Origin: Klebsormidium nitens
Taxonomy: Eukaryota > Plantae > Klebsormidiophyceae
Direction of reading: 5' to 3'
DNA length: 64,000 bases
Assembly: GCA_000708835.1 (NCBI GenBank)
Contig: DF237161.1
Coordinates: forward strand, 23,880 to 87,879
The notes beneath the pieces are model-generated. The model saw nothing but the letters and a program-made list of their open reading frames with translations. It searched no databases and was not told the origin of the DNA. Shown one piece after another: positions 34,761-47,095 of the stretch (positions within the stretch are counted from its first letter, which is position 1; every line of letters begins with the position of its first letter). The position numbers and the translations under genes were made by a program.

Positions 34761-35359
34761 TGGAATTACCGATACTGGTACCTCTGATCGAGTCGGTGAC
34801 GGTACCTACGAATCAACCGACCGCGCACGGGAGGGAAAGTACGTGGTCATCTTCTTCGTTCTTCTCGTATTCATCCTGGAGCGCTTTGAGTCTTAACAAT
34901 TTGGACGGTGCTCGGGGACAATGACAAAACCGGAACATAACCCGGATTTGACGTGGTCTGCGCCGGTAGTCAATGCTCACGGATCACCCTCAACCCAAAT
35001 CAACCCTACCCCTTTCCCGGGCGCTTTCATTAGTCAAACCGGCTCTTGGTCAACATGTCGAAACTTCTTCTTTCTGGTCTACGGTCTACCTACCTGTGTT
35101 GTGACCAGGCTGGACCATGGCGAGCTCCATTGCCGGACGTACAGACGGGGATAGAATAGTTGGAGGGGATTGAATAGTCGCATGCCGCTTTCAGTCATAT
35201 GCAGTAGCTGCGTTTTTCGAGGCGCTGACGGCGTTGCGGCTCAATCAGGGGGGCTGCTGTCAGCTTTTTAGGATTCCGCCCCTTTTTAGGTTCTTGCAGT
35301 TGTGCGGGACCATTCATTGTGGGGAGCTAGACTTATCGTTTTAAGAGGGAGACCTTCTA

Positions 35360-38300
35360 ATGAGAGTGAGGGCAATGACGTGTTTACGGGGGCCATGGGT
35401 CTTGCTGTTTCTTTTCACAGGTGAGGTACTTGGCAACATTGCCGAAAAGTGAACGGTTGGTTCGTTCATTGTGGCTAAGAAGCGACAAGAATGTCTGGCA
35501 GCTGCGTAAGCCGGCAATAATGTTCAATAGCTGCAGAAGCTCGCAGAGTCTTTCATTGTGTGCGCCTCATGCGCTGGCAGTACACCTTGCTTGAAAAGCG
35601 CGAATCTCAGACTGGGGTGCCCCTGGTTGAGTTGCCGCATCTTTTCATTCAAGCATTTTGTTTGTACATGTTGTAGGTTGTCAGATAATTATAATGGGGA
35701 GCGCTGTTCTGCAGGTTTTCTTGTGACAGCTGCAGCACGCCCGTTGGGTCCTGGTCATTTTGGCCTGGGTAACGACGTCGGGCTAGATGTACCAGTGGAA
35801 AGGCATATTGTCGGGGCTGGGCTTCAGTCAAGGACGTTTTCTTTTCTGAAGGACATGGCAATGAATCTGGTGGGGAGGGGATGTGAAGGCATGAAAAAAG
35901 CAGGCGAAGCAGTCGAGTCACAGGAATCTTGGCTGGCAGCTTCTAACGAAGTGCTTTTGCTGCAAGCGAGGGGCGTGTCCGCAAGGAGCCTCCTACAGAA
36001 CGGTAAGGCTCATTCTTTTCATGGTCAAGACGGCACCTTTTGCATGGCAACAAGGCTGGCCTACCACTGCTGTCAGGCCGTATCCACCAGGCTCGTGTTT
36101 TACTTTTGTTGCTCGTTGCTTAAATGATCCAAACTTGCACCTTTTGGATGTTTCTTGTGTGTGTTGCCATGCACCTCATGTCCGGCAGTGTCTCCTTGTC
36201 TCAGTCAATATTGCTGCCCATTCTGGTTTGCAACCGACAGCTCACCAGCTACTACTTTGCCGTTGCAGGTGGGTTGTCTCAGCAGGGGCAACCTGCAAAT
36301 GGTGAGATTGCAACCCCTGCATATTGTCAGACGTGTCCGCCACTAAGAGCTTGCAAGCATCACAAAGTTTGGTTTTTTTGAAGATCAAACCATCTGCTGC
36401 GCTGCCCTTTCCTTGTGCATTTGCGATGAGCCATGCCATCGAGCTTGGACCTCTTGCTTATGCTTGGAGCTTCCTGTTTTGCCTTTTGCCTTTTTTTGGT
36501 TCTTTGATCCTCTGATTTGTGTGACTGCAAGATTATCAGCAGGTTTTGGTGTGCCTTCTAAGTGGTGTGGTGTGGGCGTTCTGAATGACAATCACTTTTT
36601 GCAGCTGTTGCCATATGTTTATAGTTAAGAAGCAGGACGTAGACCCGATAAATTAAACGAAGAAGAGTAGTACCTGGGGGTTAACAGGATCGGTGGATGG
36701 TGGTTTTAGCAGATGGTATTCCAGGAAGTTGCGGACATGTTGTTTCACTTGGGTTCGTGTTAGTGCTTTTCACGCCTTCCACATTCTCCACTTTGCTGCT
36801 GTCCCTCTGCACACACGGCCCCCTCACACTGTACGAGGGTGGTTTCTGTGCAGGCGGCCGGTATGTCACAGATAACATGCTTGGCGACTCGCTGCTGAGC
36901 ATCCTACTCGCCCTAGGCTTCTGCGTTGCCCTTTTTCTCGTGATGCTCGCACGGCGCTTCTGTATGATCCGCCGGCGGCGACATCGCCGCCTGCTGTTGG
37001 GGGATCCCCCTCCTCGAATCCAGGTCAGGGCGCTCTCCTAACTTGTCTTCTTTCCACATTTGCAGCATATCCAGGGTACTATCAGGGGAGCTTGTTGGTG
37101 TCCCCCTTCCTCTCCATAGTCATGGGCGCTGCCATCTGTGTGGGGCTGTGCGTCTTCCTCTCGGTGTGCCGTGTCGTCGTGCGCCACCGCTTTGCTCAGC
37201 CGCTCCTTTTTGAAGCAACGGCCAGACAAGTGAGCGGGGTAGCATTATGTGGGAAGAGCCTCATGCTCCACTGGTTTTAGTTGGAGTTGGTGGTAGAAGA
37301 GTCTTTGTTATCAGGCTCTGGAGAGAGTTGGTGTGGCAATTGAAATGTCTGTGAGTGGTTAAATAAATCTTTTTGGCCATCTTCACCATCATGGTTGAGT
37401 ACAAACGCACTGCGTAGATCTGCTCGTGATAGCTGCCTCTTTCGTGCTTTAGCTCGTTGCTTGAGCGTAGCCGCTTGTCCCGCCGGCCCAGCATTTACCT
37501 CAAAAGAACTTCAGAACTCTATTCAGGATTTACGAAGCGCACGCAGTTCCTGCTCCGGACAAGCTGTGCTGACCTCAACTTTCTTCTGTTTGCAGGAGGC
37601 CCCCTCGGCTGCCCTGCCCTACTCAATCCTGAAGGGGCTACCCATCGTGTCGTTTAAGAAGGAAGGCGAGAACCAGACCTTCAATCAAGGGAATGGAGAC
37701 AACCAGTAAGTGTTTCACCATGTCTTTGCATGTCAAAAGCTGTTGAGCTCCTTTGGTCAAGTCTCCAAGGGTTGCATCCTTGCACGCGGACTTGCTTCCC
37801 TTTCCATTGTGCCAGCAGTGCAGCCCTGTGTATCGGTCAACACTTGTTTTTTCAAGGGTTGCTGCCCGTCGTCAAGTCCTGTGTTATTCCAAGCTGGGTG
37901 GATATCTGCCTCAAAAACCGCCTGAGAGATGGAAGGTGCTCACAGCGATGATCTGTTCTTTGCAGGTGCCCCATCTGTCTGATCGAGTTTGAAGCAAAGG
38001 ACAGCCTTCGCAAGCTGCCAGAGTGCAGTCAGTGAGTAGCACCCTCTGTGAATTGCCCGAGTTTGGTGTCACCTTCTGGTTGGTGTTTGTTTGGGTTTTC
38101 CTTAATATGTTATTATCCAACCGTCGTGCCCCCTCTGATTGTTTAGAATCGTTTAGGAGTGAAGGCAGGCTTATATTGTGTGCACCTTTCGAGCTAGAAG
38201 TGTGCCAGGGCTTTTGCAGTTGACTGCGTGTCCACAGCTGCATAGCAAGTATTAGCAAAAGTACTTGGGAAGTGAGCGTTGTCTGATACCGTGTTCGAGG

Positions 38301-38644
38301 TCGTGAGCAAACAGTTCCTTTGCTGGAGTTTCGTAGTGGACGATTTCCAACGAACTCCTCTGTATCTTTCTTGCAGTTACTTCCATCAAGCCTGCGTTGA
38401 TGAGTGGTTCAAGAGAAACCACACGTGTCCCCTGTGTCGGACATCGCTACTTCCTTCAGAGCCGTCCAGTGCAGAAGCAACTCCACCAGACGCTGCTTCT
38501 TCACAGGCCCAAACAGAGAGTGCTGTTTCATCAAGGGAAGAAGTAGTGGTTCCTGTTGCAGCCTTGGAGCAAGAAGCGGGGCAAGTGGGTTCATGTCCTG
38601 CCCCACTAGAAAGGGAGGGCCCAGGGGCTCTAAGGGTGACATGA
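35360..38644 (+). CDS. ATL-like membrane RING-H2 E3 ubiquitin ligase with signal peptide; exons 35360-35420, 35715-36002, 36269-36301, [36854-37023 or 37066-37229], 37596-37705, 37966-38031, 38377-38644
   Basis: Signal peptide MRVRAMTCLRGPWVLLFLFTGFLVTAAA. Ectodomain ends in ARSLLQ, followed by a TM helix and basic residues. GLD-like segment LPYSILKGLPIVSF. RING-H2 CPICLIEFEAKDSLRKLPECSHYFHQACVDEWFKRNHTCPLC. All phases are consistent with one of the two TM exons. Confidence 0.88.
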
Positions 38645-40748
38645 TTGCCATGTCACCTGTGTAGCAGGTCGAAGGTGCGGAGTCAGCAAGGTTTGCCAAA
38701 GGGGGACGAACTTGTACAAAAACGTTGTTACATCAGGTGTCCTTTTTCCTTGTCTTTTCGTATTACTATAGATTGTATTTTAGGATTCGTTTGACATTCT
38801 GTACGGGGTGCCTTTGATTGAAAGAATGGGCACCAGGCTGGTTTAAGATCTGTGTCCTTGAAGTAAGAGCGTACGTTGTGTTTCTGATTTGTTTGCATGT
38901 GTTCCATGACTTATTCTCAATCTCTTATGGCCTTGAACCTGCCAATCGAGTTACGTGGATGTCTTGTACATACCTGTGGCTGCGTGGCTTGAACACTTTG
39001 CACTATTGCACACGGATCCTTGCATGATTAGATACTTACGTTGCCCCTTGTCCATATGTCACTGATAAAGGACGATTTTTCTGCATGTTTTTCTGCATGC
39101 ATAGCTGGGGCTGTATGTAACCAATGTTGCGGGGCCTAGTCTTTGCACCATGGCATGCAGCAGGCTGGCCCATGGCTCAACATTTTGGCCCGCTTGCAGT
39201 GACCGGGTCCTCCGGATCGCATGAGAGTTTAACGGTCGATCCGGACTTTGAGTCATCCATTTGAACCCCGCTTTCAGCTAGCATGACCTTGCGTCCATAT
39301 TTCTGCTTCTTGTCGTCACACATATGTGGAAATTTCATGATTGTCATAGTGCACCATGCCCTTTAACCTACTCATGCCAGCAGGTCGCTATTTCGTAATG
39401 ACGGACTAGATGGAACTTTTATAGCTGAGATTACTGACTTCTTCTTCAGAATGATATAGCTAGAGTCAGTCTTGTCATGCAGCACATGTGCTAGTATCTT
39501 GCGGACCGCTATTGGCATGAGAATGCTTCCAGCTAGCTCTGCGGCCTTTGTATAAGATATAATCGTCATGACCAATTTGTCTGCGCGCGCATGATCCCAT
39601 GCACCCAACCGTCAAACAGATGGGCCTGACCATCGGACCATGCAAATTCACCAACTCGACCATGAATATATGGACCATATAATTTGATTGACAAAGCTGT
39701 TGCTATACTGATGAAGCGACGCCTCATGTGCAGCACAAGCGCGTGACAGCACGCACATGCGGCCTGCATGATCGACCGGTCAGAGTTCCAACATGTCACA
39801 TTGGATTGGATATGTCAACACTTAGGATTGACAATTTTTATTAAAGCAAGCCTGTTTGTGGACTTTTTTCTGGCTGCAATAACAGTGTTTTGATGCATAT
39901 CGGAAAATTGGAAGTGCACGAGCTTCACGGGCTGTGACAAAAAGGCGCTCGGGTGAGCATGCGTGCACAGGTTCCCATTTTTGATATATACATTGGCAAC
40001 CGGCAGATGCAGGTGGCGGTTCTTGTGGGCCTAGCTAAGTAAGACAATTTGAAATCAGTCGACTTGAACCTGACAATTAACCTCCAGTATCTTCAAGAGC
40101 CTGCAATTTTGACCAATGTGCCCCAAATCAAGGCAACGTCTGGTGAGCTAAACTCGTTATCAACGACTCAGGTACACGTCATGGTGGCCGCAGCCCGATC
40201 CACCTTGTTCCAATAGCTCAACGACAAGCGTTAGCACTAGCTTACGGACAGCTTATTGCTTTTGCCCCCTTGCTCAACCCCAGGCTGAGGGTGCCGCCCG
40301 CGCAGACCCCAGCAATCTTGGCGTATGGCAAGCGTCCGTATCGGGGGTCGATATCTGGGCTGCGCCTCTGCTATCGACCCCGCTTCGCTTCGTGCACGCA
40401 AGGCTGCTCAGCGCATGATCTCGATCAGGGAACCATACTGTGAGGACCTCTTGTTCCGGTGCCCCCAGCTCTTGACTTGGCTTGGAGTCCCACCACTTCC
40501 AGACGGCCTAAAATATCTACAGCTGAATTCCCCCCAGCCGCCACGCTCTTACCGCGCTGCTTTTCCTTGCCCGCCGCCTTCCCAGGCTCTTCGCTCGTGC
40601 CCTGTTCTTTTACCCTCCCTCAACCTCAGTCCCCTTCCTCCACCGATCGGCCCCGTGTGATCACATCCCCCTGATCCCCCACCTTCTTGACGCCCACGTT
40701 AAACCCACGCCCGTTCCCCCCCGGGGTAGGGCGCTCCGCCCTGGGGGC

Positions 40749-43700
40749 TCAGTTCAGCGGCGGATCCGACTCGTCCTCTGCTGCCCCACCGCTTCCACCA
40801 GCTTCGTCCGCTGGGCCCCCAATGGTGGCGGACTCCTCATCGACTCGGGGTTGCCGGGCTTCCAACGTCAACGGAGCAGCTGCACATGGAAACACAAGTT
40901 TCATTTCGACTGAACAGCCCAGCTGTGAGCACGGCGAACGAGGACGTCTGCGATCAATGATTGGCCGCCCGAGGAAGCTGTGCAAGGGAATATCGCAGCT
41001 TTTGATCCTCTGGCACTCTAAAGGGAGCCGGCAGAAACGTCAGGCTTGTACGCCAAGAAACAAAGAGGTTGCAGGCCGGGGCATCACCTCGCGTCCGTGA
41101 CAAGGTGACAGGGTACGGCGCGACGGGCATGTCCGAGAGCGAGGAGGCGGAGGGGCTGTAGCTGAGGTGGTCGTTCACCGGGTGGTCGAACTTGCACGTG
41201 TGCCCAAACTTGCAGATGCCGTACCGGGTGTAAAACGCACAGGCGGGCGCTCCCTGCAAAGTCAGGCGGGGGCAGTCAAGTCGACGCGGGTTGAAGTCTG
41301 AGAGAGAAGTCCACCGGAAAGCCCGACAGCAGGTGTGACAAGCGACCAGTGGATCGGGATGCTTGTAAGAAAGTTATAATGACAAGAATAATAAAGCGAC
41401 TGACAACGACTCTCGAGACTTTCAGAGCGTTCAGCGAGCGGACTTGGGTGCAGCCGGGGGGGCTCACCGGCCTGAGAGGCAGACCCATCGGGCTGAGGAC
41501 ACAGGTGGGCGACGGCGCCGAGCGGTCCTTGGGATGGTGGAACCGGCAGGAGGCGCCGAACTTGCACTCGCCCGTCTTCATGTAGTACTGCCGAGGGGAG
41601 AGAAGGCGGTCAGGGGAAAGCTTTTAGGAGAAGCTCAAGTCTTGAAATCTGTTGATGTATTGAAGGTATCCGGAAACTTATGAGATACAGAAACACGGGC
41701 AGTGGAAAGGCTTGCGTTCAATCCAAGATGAACAGCAAGGACCTTCGTGGACATTCGCGAGCCAGGGCCACTTGTTCTGTCACCAGGCGCAGTAGCAAGT
41801 TTCTATCCTGGGCACACGCCCGCTGCCGCACCTGGCACTCGGGCTGGCCCGGCCGTTCCGGGTAGTGCACGTCCTTCCTCTCCGCATGCTGCCCGAAGCC
41901 GCCCCCTTGCATGAACTGGGGGAAGCCCTCTGGTGGCGCGAGCGGCTGGATGCTCTGGTCGCTCTGGCCGCCTTGCTGCGGGTTGAACAGGAACGGCAGC
42001 GTCGGCTGCTGCAGGCCCTCCATGGGCCGCGGAATTTGCTGCGCCGCAACACAGGAGCCAGTCAGACGCGAGCCTTCCCTCGAAGAGCTGTGCAGAGCCG
42101 AAAGGCTGGGTACTTAAGAGGCAGGGCTAGAAGCTGTGAACACTAAGACTATTGTCCTGCAATGCTGAGATCACTGCCTGGTGATTGCCGGTTGCTTTTG
42201 AGTAAACCAGGAGGACAGAAACGGAATTCCTGAATCTGGCGAAGCTGACAGAAGGAGGACTCGACGATTCACCATCGCACGAGTGGACAACCCAAATGGA
42301 ATTGCATCGCTGAAAGGAGCACAGCGACTGTACTGCGTCATTATGTGCTGGTGTCTGTGCAATGATGGCACCCCTCGGACCGCCCCTGTGACTAATGAGC
42401 ATCTCACTGTGGAGTAGGGGTTGAACACGCCCTGGCCGAGCGGCAAGAGTGGGGGGCTCGGGCCCATCAGCCGCATCTGTGGAAAGCCCCCTGGGAGCGG
42501 AAAGGCGCGCGGGTTCCATGGCATCTGAGGCACACCTGGACGGAGGCGACAGGAAGATCTGAGATTGAGCAGGGGCGCTTGCCTGATGCCCTGTTGATTA
42601 GGTTCTGTCTAGCAGACTGGTCATTGGATCCAGTTGATTTGATCTGCACTCGTCTCACCACAGTATACATGTAATCAGGCCGTAAACAGGGAGTGATTCA
42701 ATTAAGCAGATAAGTCGGTGCAGTTCTTGGCTGCTCTTCGAGTGTCGCCTTGGGAACCTTACTTCGTGTCTTAACAGTCCGACCGATTTGGCCTGATGCC
42801 TGAAGGGCCTTGCCATGTGCCACAGCAAGACGATCAAAGACAGGTCGCCTTGCAGACACATTCAACATGCAAACAGTCGGGTTTTGATTGCCTTCTTCAG
42901 TGGTAGGAACCGCCAGGCATGTCGTACCTGCCGGGGCGCCCGAGTGCGGGAGCTGGGGGAAGGACTGGGTCTGGCCTGTCTGGGAGTCGGAGGCAAGCAT
43001 GCCAAGGGAGGGGAAGCCGAGGTTGGCCGGATCGGGGAAGTTGGGCAGGACGGGGTGGTGGTACTTGCAGGTGACGCCGTACTTGCAGGTGCCCGTTCGC
43101 AAATAGTACGCGCACTCCTTCTCTTCCTGGAAAGCACATGGACACGGATGCGTCAGCATAATAGGGGGGCCCACAATCAAGGCTGGGGTGAAAGCATAGT
43201 CAAGTGATAGGACCCTCCACAGATGAATAATAGTGGGGCGGTTTGCCTTCGGTTCAGCCCTTGCCTGAGAATTCTAACATGGAGCGCCAGGAATGAAGAT
43301 GCCATTCAAGGCTGCTATGCAACCAAAGGACTGCTGAAGTCGACCTGCCTTCAGACATCAAGCAAGAGCACTTGAAGGCAGTGATCAACTGCAGACTGCA
43401 CTTCAATCCCAACACTGCACTATCCGAAGAGCTGGCACGAGCCTTTGAAATGAGCGGTCAGACCGTCCACAAGTGCTGTGCACCTGGGATGCAATTGTGT
43501 GCACTTGCTTCATCAAATGAGTACCCATGGTTGCTGTGATCAAGACCCTTTAGGAGCCGTAGAGTTTAGCATAACCAGACCCTTTGCGTGTGAGAGGGTT
43601 CAGTTGGACACTGAAGAAGTTGGCTGTTGCAACAGCAACTTACCGGCCTCAAAGGTAGCCCAAATGGGCTCAGTTGCACTTTGCCCTGCGAACCGGCCCG

Positions 43701-44648
43701 ATCCTTGGGATGATTGTACCGGCATGTTGGACCAAACTTGCATTGCCCCGTCTTAAGGTAGTAACCGCAGTCCTCCTGCCCGGGCCTCTCGGGAAACTCT
43801 TGCCCGCCCCGAGAACTTCCCTGCAGGCATACGATAGAATCAGGTCCAGCAAACATACAAGCGATTGGTCTCAAAAAATAGATCATCAGCCCCACAAGAT
43901 ATAGAGCCGTGTCACGAAAGCAGGTTCTCCAGCTGCAGCACTGCTAGGCTTGGGTCGTACATCCTTCAAGATGTATCAGAGAGGCTTACTTAGCAGTTGA
44001 AATGATGTCATTGCATGTCTAGAGGATAACGCTGCGATCCATAGGATGGTATGCTGCCCAAGCACAGAAAGCACCTTTAATCCGGGGGCAAGCAAAGATC
44101 CGGCTGATCAAAGCACCAGAAATATGTTTTTAAAGTATACCTTGATCACAATGAAAGCTCACCTGATTCCTGTCCGGCGGATGGTTGAACCGGCAGCTGA
44201 GCCCATATCCGCACTGCCCAGTGCGTAGATAGTATACACAGTTTGGCTCGCCAGGACGTTCCGGGTAGGGGCCTCCAACTACCTCGCTCTCATTGCTTTG
44301 TAAGTTCATCTGAGAGAGATGCCAAGCGGCCTCTGCAAAAGAAGGAAGAGCCAAACCTCAGATCCTCACTTTGATTGATTTTCAGAGTTGATGCACAAAG
44401 TCATGTAGGCTGGATCCTAGGAACTTGGAACTTGCATATCAACTGCCGAGCTACCCAACAAGCAGACCCAAGACATCAGTTGATAAAATTTTACTGGCTG
44501 TCTTTTTAGAGTGGGCAATTAGATGGAACCAAGAGTTCCTCGCGCCAACCCCACCCTTACACAACCTGTTCATTCAGAACTTCTACCCAGGTAAATAAGG
44601 ACTTGGCCTTCAAGACCTACTCCCTGACCGGGAACCCAACTGCAGCAT
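40749..44648 (-). CDS. Five-finger CCCH (C-x8-C-x5-C-x3-H) zinc-finger protein, ZFN1/AtC3H32-like; start tentative
   Basis: Fingers are [95 protein letters not shown]|[20 protein letters not shown] and [25 protein letters not shown]. LSPxGLPLRP linkers and an [16 protein letters not shown] tail are present. Stop at 40749. Confidence 0.92.
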
Positions 44649-46269
44649 TGCGTAACACGTGCCCAGTCCTTCCAGCTGTACCGAAGAAGGAAACCCTTCT
44701 CAAAAAAGTAGCTCCTTGTGCAACATGCATTCTCAAGTCTTTGAGGATCTGGGACTGTGAGTGCAAACAAAGACGAAGACGGTCATTGGAGATACTTCAT
44801 TGCATTATACTGATCAAGCACACTAAGAGCTTAAAGACCAGATGAATGACGTTGACTGCTCGGTAAGTATCTTTAAGATAGATATGATGGCAAAATAGTA
44901 AATGTTGCAGTCACCTTAAACAAATAACAGGTGAAGTCCTGAAGATCAATCAGATCAACAGGTTTGATTCCTACCACTAGCAACAGATAAGGACTGCGGT
45001 GAAATACGTCATTTTTGAAGGAAGACAGGACCTCTCCTAGGATAGCAATATTCAGTAAACCCCAGGGCGACACTTTCCAATGCGTCAAATTTGATTTGAA
45101 ACTCTCTTGACTGACAATTTCTAATGCTGGAAACAATGAAACTCATGTCTCACAAGGAATCTCCAGACTGGTTGTTCCCCCCCAGCAGAACCGTAATCAC
45201 GGCCCGAATTGGGTCCGTGTGTCAGATCTGACTGTCAAGGGTTGATGCTTGATTTTGGGGGCGAAATTTTGACATGTGCTGGGCATATAGCCATAAATAT
45301 CCAGAACTCAAACGGCCTGCTGCCAGCATTGGACGGTGCTGGCAAACAGCCTAAGAGGAGGGACATATAAAGCAGAAACAATGCCAGGATCAAGGTGGCA
45401 AAAGCTCATATGTTCATAGGAGCCGTGCAGCACAAGGTTTGACACCTGCAAACTTGTCAATGAACTGTCTCAAGGGAAGGACAAGAAGGTGCATGTAACA
45501 TTCAGAATTTGAGACAATGCTGGCCTCGTAATAGAGCAAGAAATGATCCGAAATGCATGGTTTTCGAAAGCTCTGCTCACCGTCTGGATCTCTTCTCTTC
45601 TGCCAATCCATCGTCTCCCTTATGTGATGTTGCTTGAATGACAGAACGTTGCGCTTTGGCGTAGATCTATTTGAGTCCAGCCCTTGAAGCGCTTCTAATT
45701 GCCTCTGTTGCAGTAACTGCTGTTTCCTACCAACTCGTTCTTCATCAAGTTGCATTCCCATTCTGACGTTCACTCTGAGTGACAGTCATTGATTTGATTT
45801 GACCCTGTACCCCTGTTGCTCACAGATCTGTCGACTCAAGTTTAGGGAAAGAATGCTTGTAAAGAGGGCGCGATCAGGCAAATTACCTCCAGCTGACCTA
45901 CATGAGCTACTGTTGTTTGATAAATCAGCAATGGCCAGCCTGATCCTGCAATGACGAACCGGCTCAGTCAACGGTGACAGTGCGTGTGCGCCTTTTGAAC
46001 AAAATCAAAAGCTCCCTCAGCTCATTTTAAGACGCTGCTCCTTTCTGCAGTCTATTCAAGGGCTCCAATTATCCAGATCCTCGATGAACAAGAGCCCAGA
46101 ACCAGATGCAACGCTTCAATGCACATGTAAATTGTGCGTATCCTAAGGGGAGATCATTTCGTAGCTGGATGCAACATACTAACAAGGCGGCAATCTCACG
46201 TCACCAGAGACGTCACCATCCCCTCTGACCTTTTGTATCCCAACATTCTAGACTGCTCGCGCATCATCC

Positions 46270-47095
46270 NNNNNNNNNNNNNNNNNNNNNNNNNNNNNNN
46301 NNNNNNNNNNNNNNNNNNNNNNNNNNNNNNNNNNNNNNNNNNNNNNNNNNNNNNNNNNNNNNNNNNNNNNNNNNNNNNNNNNNNNNNNNNNNNNNNNNNN
46401 NNNNNNNNNNNNNNNNNNNNNNNNNNNNNNNNNNNNNNNNNNNNNNNNNNNNNNNNNNNNNNNNNNNNNNNNNNNNNNNNNNNNNNNNNNNNNNNNNNNN
46501 NNNNNNNNNNNNNNNNNNNNNNNNNNNNNNNNNNNNNNNNNNNNNNNNNNNNNNNNNNNNNNNNNNNNNNNNNNNNNNNNNNNNNNNNNNNNNNNNNNNN
46601 NNNNNNNNNNNNNNNNNNNNNNNNNNNNNNNNNNNNNNNNNNNNNNNNNNNNNNNNNNNNNNNNNNNNNNNNNNNNNNNNNNNNNNNNNNNNNNNNNNNN
46701 NNNNNNNNNNNNNNNNNNNNNNNNNNNNNNNNNNNNNNNNNNNNNNNNNNNNNNNNNNNNNNNNNNNNNNNNNNNNNNNNNNNNNNNNNNNNNNNNNNNN
46801 NNNNNNNNNNNNNNNNNNNNNNNNNNNNNNNNNNNNNNNNNNNNNNNNNNNNNNNNNNNNNNNNNNNNNNNNNNNNNNNNNNNNNNNNNNNNNNNNNNNN
46901 NNNNNNNNNNNNNNNNNNNNNNNNNNNNNNNNNNNNNNNNNNNNNNNNNNNNNNNNNNNNNNNNNNNNNNNNNNNNNNNNNNNNNNNNNNNNNNNNNNNN
47001 NNNNNNNNNNNNNNNNNNNNNNNNNNNNNNNNNNNNNNNNNNNNNNNNNNNNNNNNNNNNNNNNNNNNNNNNNNNNNNNNNNNNNNNNNNNNNNN
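46270..47095. other. Assembly gap (826 N) with 13-bp overlapping flanks
   Basis: TCGCGCATCATCC ends the left flank and begins the right flank. Confidence 0.92.

Noticed and set aside
40344-40381. 10-bp hairpin GGGGTCGATA/TATCGACCCC downstream of the CCCH stop
   Set aside because: It is short enough to occur by chance in 64 kb and has no supporting context.
44602-44612. GAAG|GCCAAGT as a GC donor giving GVGLEEAAW in the CCCH gene
   Set aside because: It does not fit the GCAAG consensus, and a stronger GTAGGT donor lies nearby. Unresolved without transcripts.
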